Positions 12,181-26,900 of a stretch of DNA of 64,000 nt are shown here, piece by piece. The translations under genes were made by a program, and so were the position numbers. The DNA lies in NCBI GenBank assembly GCA_964016885.1, contig OZ024740.1:335978001-336042000 (forward strand), in the 5' to 3' direction. The notes beneath the pieces were generated by a model that was not told where the DNA came from, searched no databases, and saw only the letters and a list, made by a program, of their open reading frames with translations. The number at the start of each line of letters is the position of its first letter. Position 1 is the first letter of the stretch. This DNA comes from Eledone cirrhosa (taxonomy: Eukaryota).

Positions 12181-12761
12181 TTCAATATTAATGATAATAA
12201 TGAGTACAACAATCAGACAGAGAATAAGAAGCGAAAGTAAAACGCGTCACAATAGGAAGACAATGAGATGGGGCCAATAGGGGAGCTCCACAGATTCCGG
12301 ATTACCCATGGTGCCAATGAGAGTGTCTTCCCTCAGCAATGATCTCCGTCCTACAAATGCATGCTGACACGGAGTGTCATACTTCCAACTCTCCCCCAGG
12401 CCGCTCAAACAAATATACTGGACAACATGACCTCGCTCTTCGCCCTTACCGTTTTCGGCAAGTGATATTTCTATTCCAATTGGAATTTCACATTCAATTC
12501 AGTTTATTCCTACTCTTAATAAAAACGATGAACAAATTACAGATATTAAGACATACAAAATTGTTATTTTTTTACATAGACCAGGATTTTTTTATAGAGG
12601 TTCTGCAATTCCTTTCATTCGATGCACTAAAGAAAATCCACTGTCCTTAATTCATACAAAATAATACATTGAGGCCGTCTAAAATGGCATTAAATAAAGA
12701 TAATGACAAAAATATATTTCTTTAATTACAAATATTAGCAGGCATTATTTGGATATGTGTA

Positions 12762-12956
12762 AGGGTGGTGGATTGGCAGTATCGGTAGAAGGTCGGACGC
12801 CATGCTTTCCAGCATAGCTTTACGGCCCTTTATGATTTGAGTTCAAGTTTCGCCGAGGTTAACTTTGCCTTTCATCCTTACGGGGTCGATAAAATAAAGT
12901 ACCAATTATGCACTGAGATAATTGCTGGCCTTTTGCCAAAGGTAGAAACAATTATT
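12762..12956 (+). mobile_element. tRNA-derived SINE, short form, full length
   Basis: GGGTGGTGGATTGGCAGTATCGGTAG...GTAGAAACAATTATT. Confidence 0.9.
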
Positions 12957-13104
12957 TAGATGTGTGAACATGAATGTGTACCATTTCTGGAGTCTTATTT
13001 CATACACAAAATATAATACTAGATGAGGTAGTTCAATCAATGCATTATGTTTATTAGAGGGATCTCAACATTTATCACAAATCATTATATTTTATAAAAG
13101 GGTT

Positions 13105-13386
13105 AAAGGTTAAAGTATTTCCCATACGCAGAGACTCATCATCTCAGAGCTAATCCCGGTGTCATTAGTATTAAGCAACTGAGAGTACAAGACTCCCCAT
13201 TGCACAGAACGCCAGTCCATCGCATCGGTAATGCCCAGATGCTATTGTACTCAACTTCAGCTTAGTTGACAAAACAGCGTGAAATGAGCTGTTTTGCTCA
13301 AGAACACAACGTGCTATACAATATAGGAAAAGAACTTATGACATTACGGTGGTTAGTCCAACACCCTAGCAACTAAGCCGCGCACC
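13105..13386 (-). mobile_element. Second, older tRNA-derived (CORE-like) SINE family
   Basis: Minus strand begins GGTGCGCGGCTTAGTTGCTAGGGTGTTGGACT (tRNA-like head), then GTTGTGTTCTTGAGCAAAACA (CORE-like) and TGCGATGGACTGGCGTTC. Confidence 0.6.
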
Positions 13387-13616
13387 TATATTTCATAAAA
13401 GGTGCTATATACACTTTATCCAACACAATACAAATATTATGGAGTGTTGGAGGTTAAACGACATTGGATCTCAAAACATTCCCAATCTTAATTGACCGAG
13501 GAAAAAATATTACTTTACTTTCGAATATTTAAATTCTTGAACCAATTTCAATGCATTAGATCGTCTATTTCCTGCACTAAAAGTGAAAAAGATCATCAAA
13601 TGTGCGATCGATACAT

Positions 13617-13720
<104 letters not shown>

Positions 13721-13749
13721 ATGGTAAGATTTACTTTAATTTCACTAAA

Positions 13750-14300
13750 CTTTAGTAGCTTGGTTTAAATGCGGCAAACGATCAAAAGAGGTATTTTATT
13801 TAAGGAAATCCACTAGTAAAATGTCATTGGGTAGATTAATTCATGTGAAAAACCCTCATGAAATGCGGATACCAATATTAAGAGGGATATTCTAATTTGT
13901 GTCGATTAAGTGCATTAAAACATTATTTTAAAATCTTTACCTTTTGTTATATATGATCTGTACAGACAATTCGTTCGCATATTAGCTTTCTTAGCTGTAA
14001 TGTAATCTTGCGAGAAATTGAGATCCCTGTCCATTAATACACCCATATACTAAATGAACTGTATCTTGATCTACACTTTCAATAATATATGTAGTCTTTG
14101 GATAGTTAGGTTCAAAGAGTTGTATATAAATAGATAAAAAAAGTCGAATTTCAATAGTCCAGTTATAGAAAATAATAAGATCATTCGCAAGCCCAGTATT
14201 CTTACTCCACCAAAAGTAGGCGTTAATTCGATATCGTCAGCAAATAAATACACAGAACTATGTTCTTTATATTATATGGAAAAAGATCAGAAACACACAC

Positions 14301-14394
<94 letters not shown>

Positions 14395-15900
14395 GGGTAA
14401 TGAATAGTATTTGAGCTAAAATAGTACCTGAAACCACTTCATGTTTGCTGTTACTACTTATTAGCCACAACCTTTTGAAGAAAAGATTTAACCCAATTAC
14501 CCATTTTACCAAATATATCAATACTAGAAGGGATATTTTTTGAAAAACAATATCAAAAGCCTTTGCAAAATCCAGGTAAATTGCTTGTTAATCCATCGCA
14601 ATAATTGTGAAAGAGTTGGTTTTTAGTTAAAAACCATGTTGCTTCTTCGGGCGAAAGGTGTTCGTTTTTTTAGGAATCACATTAATATCTCCTTAATTAT
14701 AGTTTCCATAACCTTACATGTAATAGAGGTCAGCTAAGTAAGCCGAGAGTTTTCTTAGACGTTTACATGTTTTTTGTGCTGTAATTACTGATGTCTGAGT
14801 CAAGAGAGAAGGTAATACACCAGAACAAAAACCGAACTCAAGTACCAGTAATAAAGGATATGTCAATTTATTAGCCAAAGTTTTTTTTAATAAAACAACC
14901 ATAACTTGAATATCATTATGTCCAAAATACCTCTTAAGCAAATATTTTTTCAGGGGAAAAAAATGATACAGGTAAAGCACTGATGGGGGAAAGTTCATCA
15001 TTCAACTGTAGAATTATACCATTAGTGTGTACAATTCCACATAATCGTATCTGATCCATTACGAACTTCATTCGCATAATATAATCTATGTCTCTCCTAA
15101 CACACCAATACATATATTAAGCTGATCTTGAATTATTTTCTTTTTTGTTAATGCCAATTATAGTATTTTATTACTTCTGTAATACCGGTACTCGCCTCAG
15201 CATTTTTTTTTTCTTTCTTTATTAGACATAATTTTATCCACTTAAATATTTCATCTACAAAGCATTTCTACATATCATACCAGTTCCTACAATTAGACGA
15301 AATTTGTCTTATTTGACTCAAATTGCCCCTCTGATATTTCGAAACTTTTCTTCACTTATCCTCACATATCCTTTAATTTCACAGGCATCATGTTGTTGAA
15401 AGGATAACAATGCTCCTTATTTGTCCATAAAACTGTCAAGGCTCCATGAAAATATCTACAATATTGTCTTCCCTAGCCGTCTTCAGTATTGCTTGGTTTT
15501 TACTTTTTACAATAGAAAGCATCATCACATCTATTACCACTATCTAAATCAATTACTCACTGTAGATCAGGGATAATTGAAATTTCTGAAATTACATATG
15601 AAACCACATCAATCCTTAATGAACTTAAGTAATTTTGAAACTATATCGCAAAGTTACTAACATATTTAAAATATCTGTAAACCATAATGATAAGCCGTGA
15701 GTTATTTCGCCCAAAATTTATTTGAAATTGCCTCAAAAGAATCATTATTAATTAATTCGCCAATACAAAATGAATTGATATTATTAAAGTCTAAAATCCC
15801 CACAACCCCTTCCTCCATTATTTTCATAAAATTACGAAATACATCATAATTATTGAAGGGATCGATATTTTTGGAGTTGTCTGTGTTAGTGTCTATTCAA
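13750..15900 (-). pseudogene. Highly decayed CR1/L2-like LINE (APE plus RT)
   Basis: Minus-strand peptides ILDFNNIN (~15800), YLDFAKAFDIV (~14545-14580), GTILAQILFI (~14400) and YLFADDIEL (~14240) occur in the expected RT order. Interrupted by (GT)n. Confidence 0.7.
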
Positions 15901-15949
15901 CTCTAAAAATAATGTAATTTGTTACGCAGACATCTGAAATTGTATGAGC

Positions 15950-16600
15950 GTAAACAGCGCAAAACTGGGTTTTATAAGTCTGGGTTTTATTAAGCTTGTT
16001 AATTTGTTGAAAAGGAAGTGTATCTCCTCAGTCTTTTCAAATACGCCCACCACATTAACTCCTTCGCCATAGCAACTCGAAAGAGAATCGGCGTACGCAG
16101 AAATCAATGGAGCGATCATCACGATTGACTCGGGTAATAGCCGAATCCAATATCTCAATTAATCAGCAGTGTTCAGACACTGTTTAGAGGTGGTCAGGAT
16201 GGTTTCGACTGCCTGATGATACTTTCGTTCCTGTAAAATTCTTGTCAAGCCGGTGATACTTCTCCCTTCCCAGTCCCTAGTACCCAAATCAAATGTCTTC
16301 CAAAACATGCTACTTAGTTGTTATTTGTTGACCACCAGGGTCTCCCTGAATAAACTCACTTTTTTGTACATTACTGAAAGCTTTCTCAAAAAGATGAGTT
16401 GTGAGAGAATACACTTCAAAATCGAATGTTAGATCCGCTCGCAGTCCTGGAACATTTTCACATGCTGTAATATTAGCACGTGCTTCCAAATGTGTAACCA
16501 GTAGATTCTGAGTTTACCGTGGGTTTCATCCACAGAAAAAGCACGAGCTCTTTAAGTTCCAAGTCATACCAAATGCGAATTGGCTATGTAGGCACTCGTC
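15950..16600 (-). pseudogene. Older, diverged L1/Tx1-like 3' fragment
   Basis: IRLLPESIVMIAP...AMAKELMWW resembles IQLTTESIVMIKP...AMVKDVIWW of the 8653-9834 copy. Confidence 0.5.
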
Positions 16601-16619
16601 ATTTCTACTCGATCATTGC

Positions 16620-17895
16620 GGGAAGGATTTATTTCAGGCCTTTTGTGGCCAAGACGGACAACTTTGCTTATAATCTCGGTTCTTTGTTTTATCAACCTCG
16701 TTAGGATGAAAAGTAGAGTTCACCTTGGCGGAATTTGAATCAACGCAAAGAACAGGATCAAATAGCGCAAGTATGGCGCTCCAATGATCTTTCAATGCAC
16801 TACCTGATAGTAATAATTACAGACATAGATACAGTATCTCAAACTTGACGGAAGAGTACATTTGGTTACATCGACCCAAGTAATTGACTGGTACTAGTTA
16901 TCCCCGGTACATTTTGAATTCAGAAAATAATGTGACGTACCTAAATACCATAATGTATTTTGTCAGTCGCTAAATCGTCTTCGCCAATCCTCCGTTCTCT
17001 TCTACCGATATAAAATAAATATCAGTCGATTTTGACGATGAGTGTTTGAGGCGTCCGACCAACCTGCTGGTAAATTAATGTGTAAGTGGTTGAGCATTCC
17101 ACTAACTTATGTAACCTTAATATACTTCTCAGTATGTGACAAAGCCGGCCTTTTTAATTACGGGTACAATCCATCCGAGCTTCTAAACATTACCGCTAAC
17201 TCAATTTCTCTCAAAACATTGAGATAAGCCAAGGGTATGGTAAATTGCCCAAGATTCCACGCAGTAGAATCATAACTGGGAACTAATGACTGTGAAACGA
17301 ATGCATTCACGGTGATAACACTGGTTCCTAATTTAGGGCACAAGGCCAGCAATTTGAGGCAAAGGAAAGTCGAATATATCGACTAAGTACTTGAACGGAA
17401 CTTTATGTTAGCGACCCAGGAACGGTGAAAGGTAAAATTAACCTCGGCTGAAATTGAACTCAAAGCATAGGTTCAAATAACGAGGCATTTAATCTAACGC
17501 TCAAACTTCTCTACTAATTCGCTACCTTATGTTTTCTGATTTAGGCACAATGCCGGCAATTTTATAGTAGTAAGTCGATTAAATCGACCCAAGTACTTTG
17601 AAACCAGAAGGGTAAAAAGCAATGTTAGTATCTGTGGGATTTGAATACAGAATGTGAAGAGCTGAAAATACTTTATCAATAATGACATAATGGTTTCTAA
17701 ATTACGCATAAGGCCAGCAAACTGGAGGGAAGGGGAAAATGAATTATATCGAACAAGTACTTTATTTTATCGATCGTAGAAAGATGAAAAGCAATGTTTA
17801 TCTCGCTAGGATTTGAACTCAATACATAAAGAAACAGACGAAATTCCTCAAAGAATTTGGTCTAACTCGCTAATTATTCTGCCAATCCACCACCC
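16620..17895 (-). mobile_element. Cluster of about five old SINE copies plus one CORE/OR-like SINE (~17030-17310)
   Basis: Repeated degenerate GGATGAAAAG..GGATTTGAACTC and GGCACAAGGCCAGCAAT motifs. 17030-17310 matches the reverse of 51780-52080. Confidence 0.7.
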
Positions 17896-18295
17896 ATGTC
17901 GATGATAATATAACAATAAATAACAAACTCGCTGAATTAAACAGATACGAGATAATAATGGAAAATGAATCTGTCACAATTTAAACGTCATAAAATATCA
18001 ACCTCACCCATTGTCTGCTAAAATATATATTGTTCAATGAAGCATATAATACGATCAATCAGATGTCAAAAGGTAAAAGGAACTATTCCAAATTAATAGC
18101 AAATATCCTATTAACTTATGAGATAGCTTTTACTAATACGTTTTAGTAATTCATCATCCTATGCCATTACTGTTGTTGTCGTTATTGTTGCCATTGTGGC
18201 TTTGTTTTGTCTTGTTTTATTTTATGACTTTGTCGAACAAGAAATGGCAACGCCCTTGACCTTTTTTACAAAATGTCTCAGACGTCTATATATAT

Positions 18296-19172
<877 letters not shown>

Positions 19173-19206
19173 CTTATATGAATATATATATGGATATATA
19201 TATATA

Positions 19207-19267
<61 letters not shown>

Positions 19268-19534
19268 GGAAAAAATGAAACGAAATTTCATTTCCCACTC
19301 TTAGTACGGCTGTTACTTAAATATAAGTAGGTACACGTACATACACATATGTATACAGACGTACAGTAGTATGTATATATATATATATATACATACATGC
19401 ACACATATATATATGTACGTATGGATTCACCGAACATTTATTATAATGCTCGGTGTGTTTGTAAACAAACATCCCGTATTAAGCCGGAGTGTCTAGCAAC
19501 CATCGTTGCTCATTTGTTCAACACTGACAAAGGA

Positions 19535-19577
19535 ACGCTGTACTAGTTTCAAGCTTATTAGCTATCGTCAGCAACGT
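19535..19577 (-). ncRNA. Minimal type I hammerhead (family A), intact
   Basis: ACGUUG-CUGACGA-U-AGCU(AAUA)AGCU-U-GAAA-CUAG-UA-CAGCGU. Confidence 0.85.
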
Positions 19578-19960
19578 ATACCTTCCTGCCAGATTCTTGA
19601 ACGTATATACTTACCTTATGCATATTAACGGCTGAGTAGCCCAATTTGCATATCGCGTGGGTTAATCGGCCGGACACACCGAAAACGATAAACGGAAAAA
19701 ATGAAACGAAATTTCATTTCCCACTCTTAGTACGACTGTTACTTAAATATAAGTAGGTACACGTACATACACATATGTATACATACATACAGTAGTATGT
19801 ATATATATATATATATACATACATGCACACATATATATATGTACGTATGGATTCACCGAACATTTATTATAATGCTCGGTGTGTTTGTAAACAAACATCC
19901 CGTATTAAGCCGGAGTGTCTAGCAACCATGGTTGCTCGTTTGTTCAACACTGACAAAGGA

Positions 19961-20002
19961 ACGCTGACTAGTTTCAAGCTTATTAGCTATCGTCAGCAAC
20001 GT
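19961..20002 (-). ncRNA. Family A hammerhead with a 1-nt deletion at the cleavage site
   Basis: GAAA-CUAG-U-CAGCGU instead of GAAA-CUAG-UA-CAGCGU. Confidence 0.65.
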
Positions 20003-20387
20003 ATACCTTCCTGCCAGATTCTTGAACGTATATACTTACCTTATGCATATTAACGGCTGAGTAGCCCAATTTGCATATCGCGTGGGTTAATCGGCCGGAC
20101 ACACCGAAAACGATAAACGGAAAAAATGAAACGAAATTTCATTTCCCACTCTTAGTACGACTGTTACTTAAATATAAGTAGGTACACGTACATACACATA
20201 TGTATACAGACGTACAGTAGTATGTATATATATATATATATATACATACATGCACACATATATATATGTACGTATGGATTCACCGAACATTTATTATAGT
20301 GCTCGGTGTGTTTGTAAACAAACATCTCGTATTAAACCGTAGTGTCTAGCAACCATCGTTGCTCGTTTGTTCAACACTGACAAAGGA

Positions 20388-20430
20388 ACGCTGTCCTAGT
20401 TTCAAGCTTATTAGCTATCGTCAGCAACGT
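20388..20430 (-). ncRNA. Family A hammerhead with U16.1 mutated (probably inactive)
   Basis: GAAA-CUAG-GA-CAGCGU. Confidence 0.6.
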
Positions 20431-20444
20431 CAGCAGGAAGGTAT

Positions 20445-20487
20445 ACGTTGCTGACGATAGCTAATAAGCTTGAAACTAGTACAGCGT
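20445..20487 (+). ncRNA. Family A hammerhead in the inverted unit, intact
   Basis: ACGTTG CTGACGA TAGCTAATAAGCTT GAAA CTAG TA CAGCGT, read directly on the + strand. Confidence 0.85.
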
Positions 20488-20692
20488 TCCTTTGTCAGTG
20501 TTGAACAAACGAGCAACGATGGTTGCTAGACACTACGGCTTAATACGGGATGTTTGTTTACAAACACACCGAACATTATAATAAATGTTCAGTGAATCCA
20601 TACGTACATATATATATATGTGTGCATGTATGTATATATATATATACATACTACTGTACGTCTGTACACAAATGTGTATGTACGTGTACCTA

Positions 20693-20731
<39 letters not shown>

Positions 20732-20742
20732 ATATAATATAG

Positions 20743-21397
<655 letters not shown>

Positions 21398-21691
21398 AGT
21401 ACAGCATAGACCAAGCATATACGGCCAAGCTAGCGTGTATGCATATTCGGTTTGTAACTTTAGCACTCAGATGAGGTAAGACCCCAGAGTAATAACATTA
21501 TGTTCAGACAGCTTAGGAAATCAGATATAGCAGTCGGCAGTCCGACCGCATTACCAGAGCAACGAAAATACAGGACCCAGGAAAAGATGTTTTACTGACC
21601 TGGACATAACGCTGAGGCTGAGTGTAAAATATTTATAATCCACATGGTGTATCCACAATATAGATCGCAATATCGCAGGCAACATCAGCGC

Positions 21692-21786
<95 letters not shown>

Positions 21787-22032
21787 TATTAGGATTGGTG
21801 CTCTGAAATAGCGATGTATACATGAATGTATGTATAGTATATTTGGCAATATACCGTATGATTAATTAAAAACATTTAGAAGACCTTTATATGTATATAT
21901 ATCAGGATCAGAACTGTTTCATTCGAAAGAAATCATCTGTTCTACGCTGTAGAAGGCGTTTCTATATTAAATTTGATATTTACACTCTACTAATCCATTG
22001 AGTGCCTTACATACCCCCGAATGTACACGAGA

Positions 22033-22097
<65 letters not shown>

Positions 22098-22134
22098 AAA
22101 AAAATAAGATGCTGAGGTTATATATATCGTTTAA

Positions 22135-22222
22135 TCATAATAATTATTTCTACGGCTCTCCATGCAATCGATATGTCCTTCATGCATTTGCTGTTGATTA
22201 TGAGAACGGTTTCCTCAGATGA
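22135..22222 (-). ncRNA. Type I hammerhead motif with extended stem II (family D)
   Basis: UCAU-CUGAGGA-A-ACCGUUCUC...GAGAGCCGU-A-GAAA-UAAUUA-UU-AUGA. Stem I is UCAU/AUGA and stem III is the palindrome AUAAUUAU. Confidence 0.7.
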
Positions 22223-22237
22223 AGATCGATATATTTG

Positions 22238-22790
<553 letters not shown>

Positions 22791-22798
22791 TTATTGTT

Positions 22799-24609
22799 CT
22801 TTGAGTCTCAGTCATTGATGTTATTTAACTAGAAAGTTTGTTGAAATGAATATCCAGCCGCTATCTGCAGCCTCAGATATTCAGGACGTATCGGAGGGTT
22901 CTTGCCGTTCACAGGAAGCGTGTCTTTTAAAGTGTTCCAAAAAGCGGGGCTGGACTAATCATCTTTAACCATCCTTGGAAACTCTTTGAGATAGTACCTA
23001 GTGCACCTATGACAAACGGGATGACCTTGATTTCATGGCAGTTCCAAATCCTTTTAAACTCACACTTTAAATTCTGGTATCGGTTAATTTTTTTCCCTCT
23101 CCTTTTCTTGCACTCTCGTGTCAAATGGGCAGGCTACATCTACAATCAGGCACGATATTTTTTTCTTGTCCAAAACCACTAGGTCAGGCCTATTGTGTTC
23201 TAATTTCTTGTCCGTCTGTATCCTAAAATCCCATAGCAACTTCACCTGATCGTTTTCTATCACCGACTCTGGCTTATGTTCATACCACTTCTCAGAATTT
23301 GGTAAATTGTTTACTTTGCATACATGCCAATGGACCACCCTGCTTATCACATCATATCTCCAGCCTTTATAGTGAGTCTGGGCTAGGTGTTTACACTCGG
23401 ATACAATGTGAGCCACAGTCCCCTCTCTCTAGAGATCCTACACAGTGAGCTAGCCTCCTCCTTGTCAATATGGTGTTTCACCCACTTCGTTTTGAGGGCT
23501 TGCTCTTGAACAGCCATTAGCATTCCTTCTGTAGCTTTTTTAAGGTCTCCTCTTTTTAACCAATTCTATGTCTGTGGATCTCTAAATACCGTTTTTTTAA
23601 AGAAGGTACTATGAAGGGATTTTTCATGAAGGTTGCTCTTCCTCCTTGTTATTTCCTCCTTGGACATCCCCTGGTCTATTGTTCTCTCCTTCAGTACAAT
23701 TTTGAGCATTGGCACCCTACAATATCTGTCAGTCACATACTTGTGCAGGTTGTTTTTCTCCATCTGAACACAGTCCTCTATGCTGATAAGACCTCTTCCA
23801 CCTTCAGATCTCTTTAGGTACAGTCTATCGACATCACTCCTCTTGTGAAACATGTAGATAGTCATTAGCTTCCTACTCTTCCTATCCAATCCTTTTCATT
23901 CCATTTCAGAATTCCCGCACTGTACCTAATAATTGTTTCTACTTTTGGCACAAGGCCTGAAATTATCCCAGTGTATTACTGGTACTTTATTTTATCGACC
24001 CTGTAAGGATGAAAGACATAATAATAGACACAGCTCGAGAATTTACTACACTTATGACATTCCTACTATTTAGATGTGATTTTAGTATGTTCCTTACTCT
24101 CCTTACGTATTAAGATCTTATCAATTCCTTCATTTTTTTGTTCTTGATGTCATCTGCCCCCAGAACACCTAAATATTTGTATCCCTCTTCAGTGTCAATT
24201 TCTTTTATCATCTCACCTGTTGGTACATGGATTCCGTTGCTTCTGATCAATTTACCCCCTCTTCATCACTTGCACTCCACACTTATTTACACCAAATTCC
24301 ATACATATATCATTGCTGAAAATACGGACAGTGTCAACAAGTACATCCAACTCCTTCTCACTCTTCCCAAAGAGAATAAGATCGTCCATGACGAGGAGGT
24401 GGCTGATAGTAACAAGTTGTTTATGTGGAGGTGATAGTAGATTTCCTCAGACACAATGCTTGTTAACAGTTTCCACATTACGGACAGACATGTCATAGGT
24501 CTATAGTTGGTAGCATCATTACCCTTGATTCGGTCTTTCATTACCAGAACTGTGGTACCTTTTGTCAACCACTCTGGTACTTCACCAGACATCAAGTAGT
24601 CATTGAACA
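22799..24609 (-). mobile_element. R4/Dong-clade RLE LINE, 5'-truncated, internally deleted, with a SINE insertion
   Basis: ORF fragments NYRPMTCLSVMWKLLT, DVDRLYLKRSEGGRGL and HNRPDLVV..IVDVACP. About 400 bp of RT is missing relative to the full copy. Confidence 0.9.
23934..24018 (-). mobile_element. 5'-truncated SINE inserted into the R4 LINE with TSD TAATAAT
   Basis: TSD at 23927-23933 and 24019-24025. The uninterrupted site GTACCTAATAATAGACACAG is present in the sibling copy at ~26411. Confidence 0.9.
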
Positions 24610-24638
24610 ATTATTATTATTATTATTATTATTATTAT

Positions 24639-25230
24639 CAGTTGTCGACTGAGTCCATTGTGCAGATGGTCTCGCCGTCTTCCTTTGAGTAGGAAGGGCA
24701 GGCGGTTTTCATCTGCCTGGTGGCCATGGTGAAAGAGATTGTGTGGTGGACAAGGTTAAAAGGATTAAAGACAAACACTTTCCTCTTCGGCGAATCCCTG
24801 ATTAACTTTTTCAAGTTTCACTTGAAGAGGAAAATCAGGGTGGAGAGGCAAGTGCTGCTTTCTAGCAAGTTTGTTGAAAGGTGGGTGAATGTAGCGAGAA
24901 TGGTCCGAGTGAACGGGACCACTCTGAATATACGTCTGTAGTTTGAGAGATGGAAAAATTGAGAGAGGGCGCTTGCCTTGGTAGTCAGGGTGGCCGTGGT
25001 CTTTTGTGAGGTTTTCGCCACGAGTAACCCTCGGAGGTTTCCCCCCTATTGGCGAAATTTTCATTGTTTCAATTTTCATTTCATTGTTTATATATATATA
25101 TATGTTTTATGTCTTTTTTCTTTTCTTATATAAATAATAAAAATATTTACACGCACAAAACCCACATCGTACCGTCCTGTTCCGTCTGTGATGTTTTTCT
25201 TGATGTCAGCCCTTGTGGCCAATAAAGAAA

Positions 25231-25232
<2 letters not shown>
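24639..25232 (+). mobile_element. L1/Tx1-like 3' fragment between (TTA)n tracts
   Basis: ORF AMVKEIVWWTRLKGL...FFKFHLKRKIRVERQVL is homologous to 8901-9278. Tail is CCCTTGTGGCCAATAAAGAAATC(ATT)n. Confidence 0.8.
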
Positions 25233-25265
<33 letters not shown>

Positions 25266-25272
25266 GTTATTA

Positions 25273-26640
25273 CTCTTTGAGTGTCAGTCATTGATGTTAG
25301 TTAACTGGAAAGTTTGTTGAGATGAATATCAAGCCACTACCTGCAGCCTCAGATATTCAGGACGTATCGGAGGGTTCTTGCTGTTCCCAGCAAGCATGCC
25401 TTTTGAAGCGTTCCAAAAAGCGTGAAGGGGCCAATTTTCTTTAACCATCCCTGGAAACTTTTTGAGATAGTCCCTAGTGCGGCTATGACAATCGGGATCA
25501 CTTTGACTTCATGGCAGTTCCAAATCCTTTTTACCTCCCACTTTAAGTCCTGGTATCGGTTAATTTTCTCCCTCTCCTTCTCTTGCACTCTCGTGTCGAA
25601 TGGGCAGGCCACATCCACAATCAGGCACGAACTTTTTTCTTTGTCCAAAACCACCAAGTCAGGTCTATTGTGTTCAAGTTTCTTGTCCGTCTGTATCCTA
25701 AAATCCCACAGCACCTTCACCTGATCGTTTTCTGTCACCGCCTCTGGCTTATGCTCATACCACTACTCAGAATGTGGTAAATTGTTTACTTTGCATAGGT
25801 GCCAGTGGATCACCCTGCCCATCACATCATGTCTCCAGCCCTTATAGTGAGTCTGGGCTAGGTGTTTACACTCGGATACAATGTGAGCCACAGTAGCCTC
25901 TCTCTCTCCACAGATCCTGCATAGTGGGCTAGCCACCTCCTTGTAAATGTGGTGTTTCAACCACTTCGTTTTGAGGGCCTGCAACTACGCAGCCATTAGC
26001 ATTCCTTCTGTAGTTTTTTTAAGGTCTCCTCTCTTCAACCAGTTCCATGTCTGTGGATCTCTAAATTCAGTTTTCTCAAAGAAGGTACTATGAAGGGATT
26101 TTTCCTGAAGGCTGCTCTTTCTCCTTGATGTTATTTACTCCTTGGACATCTCCTGGCCTATTGTCCCCTCCTTCAGTACAGCTCTGAGCATTGGCTCCTT
26201 ACTATCAGTCACGTATTTGTGTAGGTTGTTTTTCTCCATCTGAACACAGTCCTCTATGCTGATAAGACCTCTTCCACCCTCAGATCTCCTTAAGTAGAGT
26301 CTATCGACATCACTGCTCTTGTGGAACATATTGTAGATAGTCAATAGCTTCCTAGTCTTCCTATCTATTTCTTTTTGTTCAGCAACATTCCATCTCAGAA
26401 TTCCCGCACTGTACCTAATAATAGACACAGCTCGGGAATTTACTGCACTTATGGCATTCCTACTGTTCAGATGTGACTTTAATACGCTCCTTACTCTCCG
26501 AAGGTATTCAGTTCTTATCAATTCCTTCATTTTTTTGTTCTTGATGTCATCAGCCTCCAGAATGCCCAAATACTTGTATCCTTCGTCAGAGTCAATTTCG
26601 TTTATCATCTCACCTGTTGGTATCTGGATTCCGTTACTTC
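25273..26640 (-). mobile_element. R4/Dong-clade RLE LINE, 5'-truncated
   Basis: ORFs 26135-26608, 25763-25984 and 25349-25738 contain the CCHC knuckle, RHD and PD..D motifs. TAA-type tracts at both ends. Confidence 0.92.
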
Positions 26641-26652
26641 TTCTTCTTCTTC

Positions 26653-26696
<44 letters not shown>

Positions 26697-26697
<1 letters not shown>

Positions 26698-26900
26698 TGG
26701 CAGTATCGGTAGAGGGTCGGACGTCATGCTTTGACGCATAGAGTTACGGCCCTTGCCATTTTGAGTTCAAATCCCGCCGAGGTTAACTTTGCCTTTCATC
26801 CTTATGGGGTCGATAAAATAAAGTACCAGTTACGCACTGAGGTCGATTTAATTGACTTTCCTCTCTCCCCCCCTATGTGCCTATATAAGAAACTATTATT
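26697..26900 (+). mobile_element. tRNA-derived SINE, long form, in a (TTA)n tract
   Basis: TTGGCAGTATCGGTAGAGGGTCGG...GTCGATTTAATTGAC...AGAAACTATTATT. Confidence 0.88.

Larger units (their letters stand above)
19262..20695. mobile_element. ~426-bp tandem hammerhead repeat (family A), about 2.7 units plus one inverted partial unit
   Basis: Unit starts ATAAACGGAAAAAATGAAACG at 19262, 19688 and 20113. Orientation inverts at ~20430. (TA)n on both sides. Confidence 0.9.

Noticed and set aside
19262-20430. CRISPR-like or host-gene reading of the regular repeats
   Set aside because: Units are ~426 bp with no unique spacers, the context is eukaryotic and there are no cas genes.
21910-21945. Minus-strand AGAA-CAGAUGA-UUUCUUUCGAAU-GAAA-CAG-UUCU hammerhead-like string
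   Set aside because: The core U4 is mutated and the cleavage triplet overlaps stem I; too degenerate to call from one copy.
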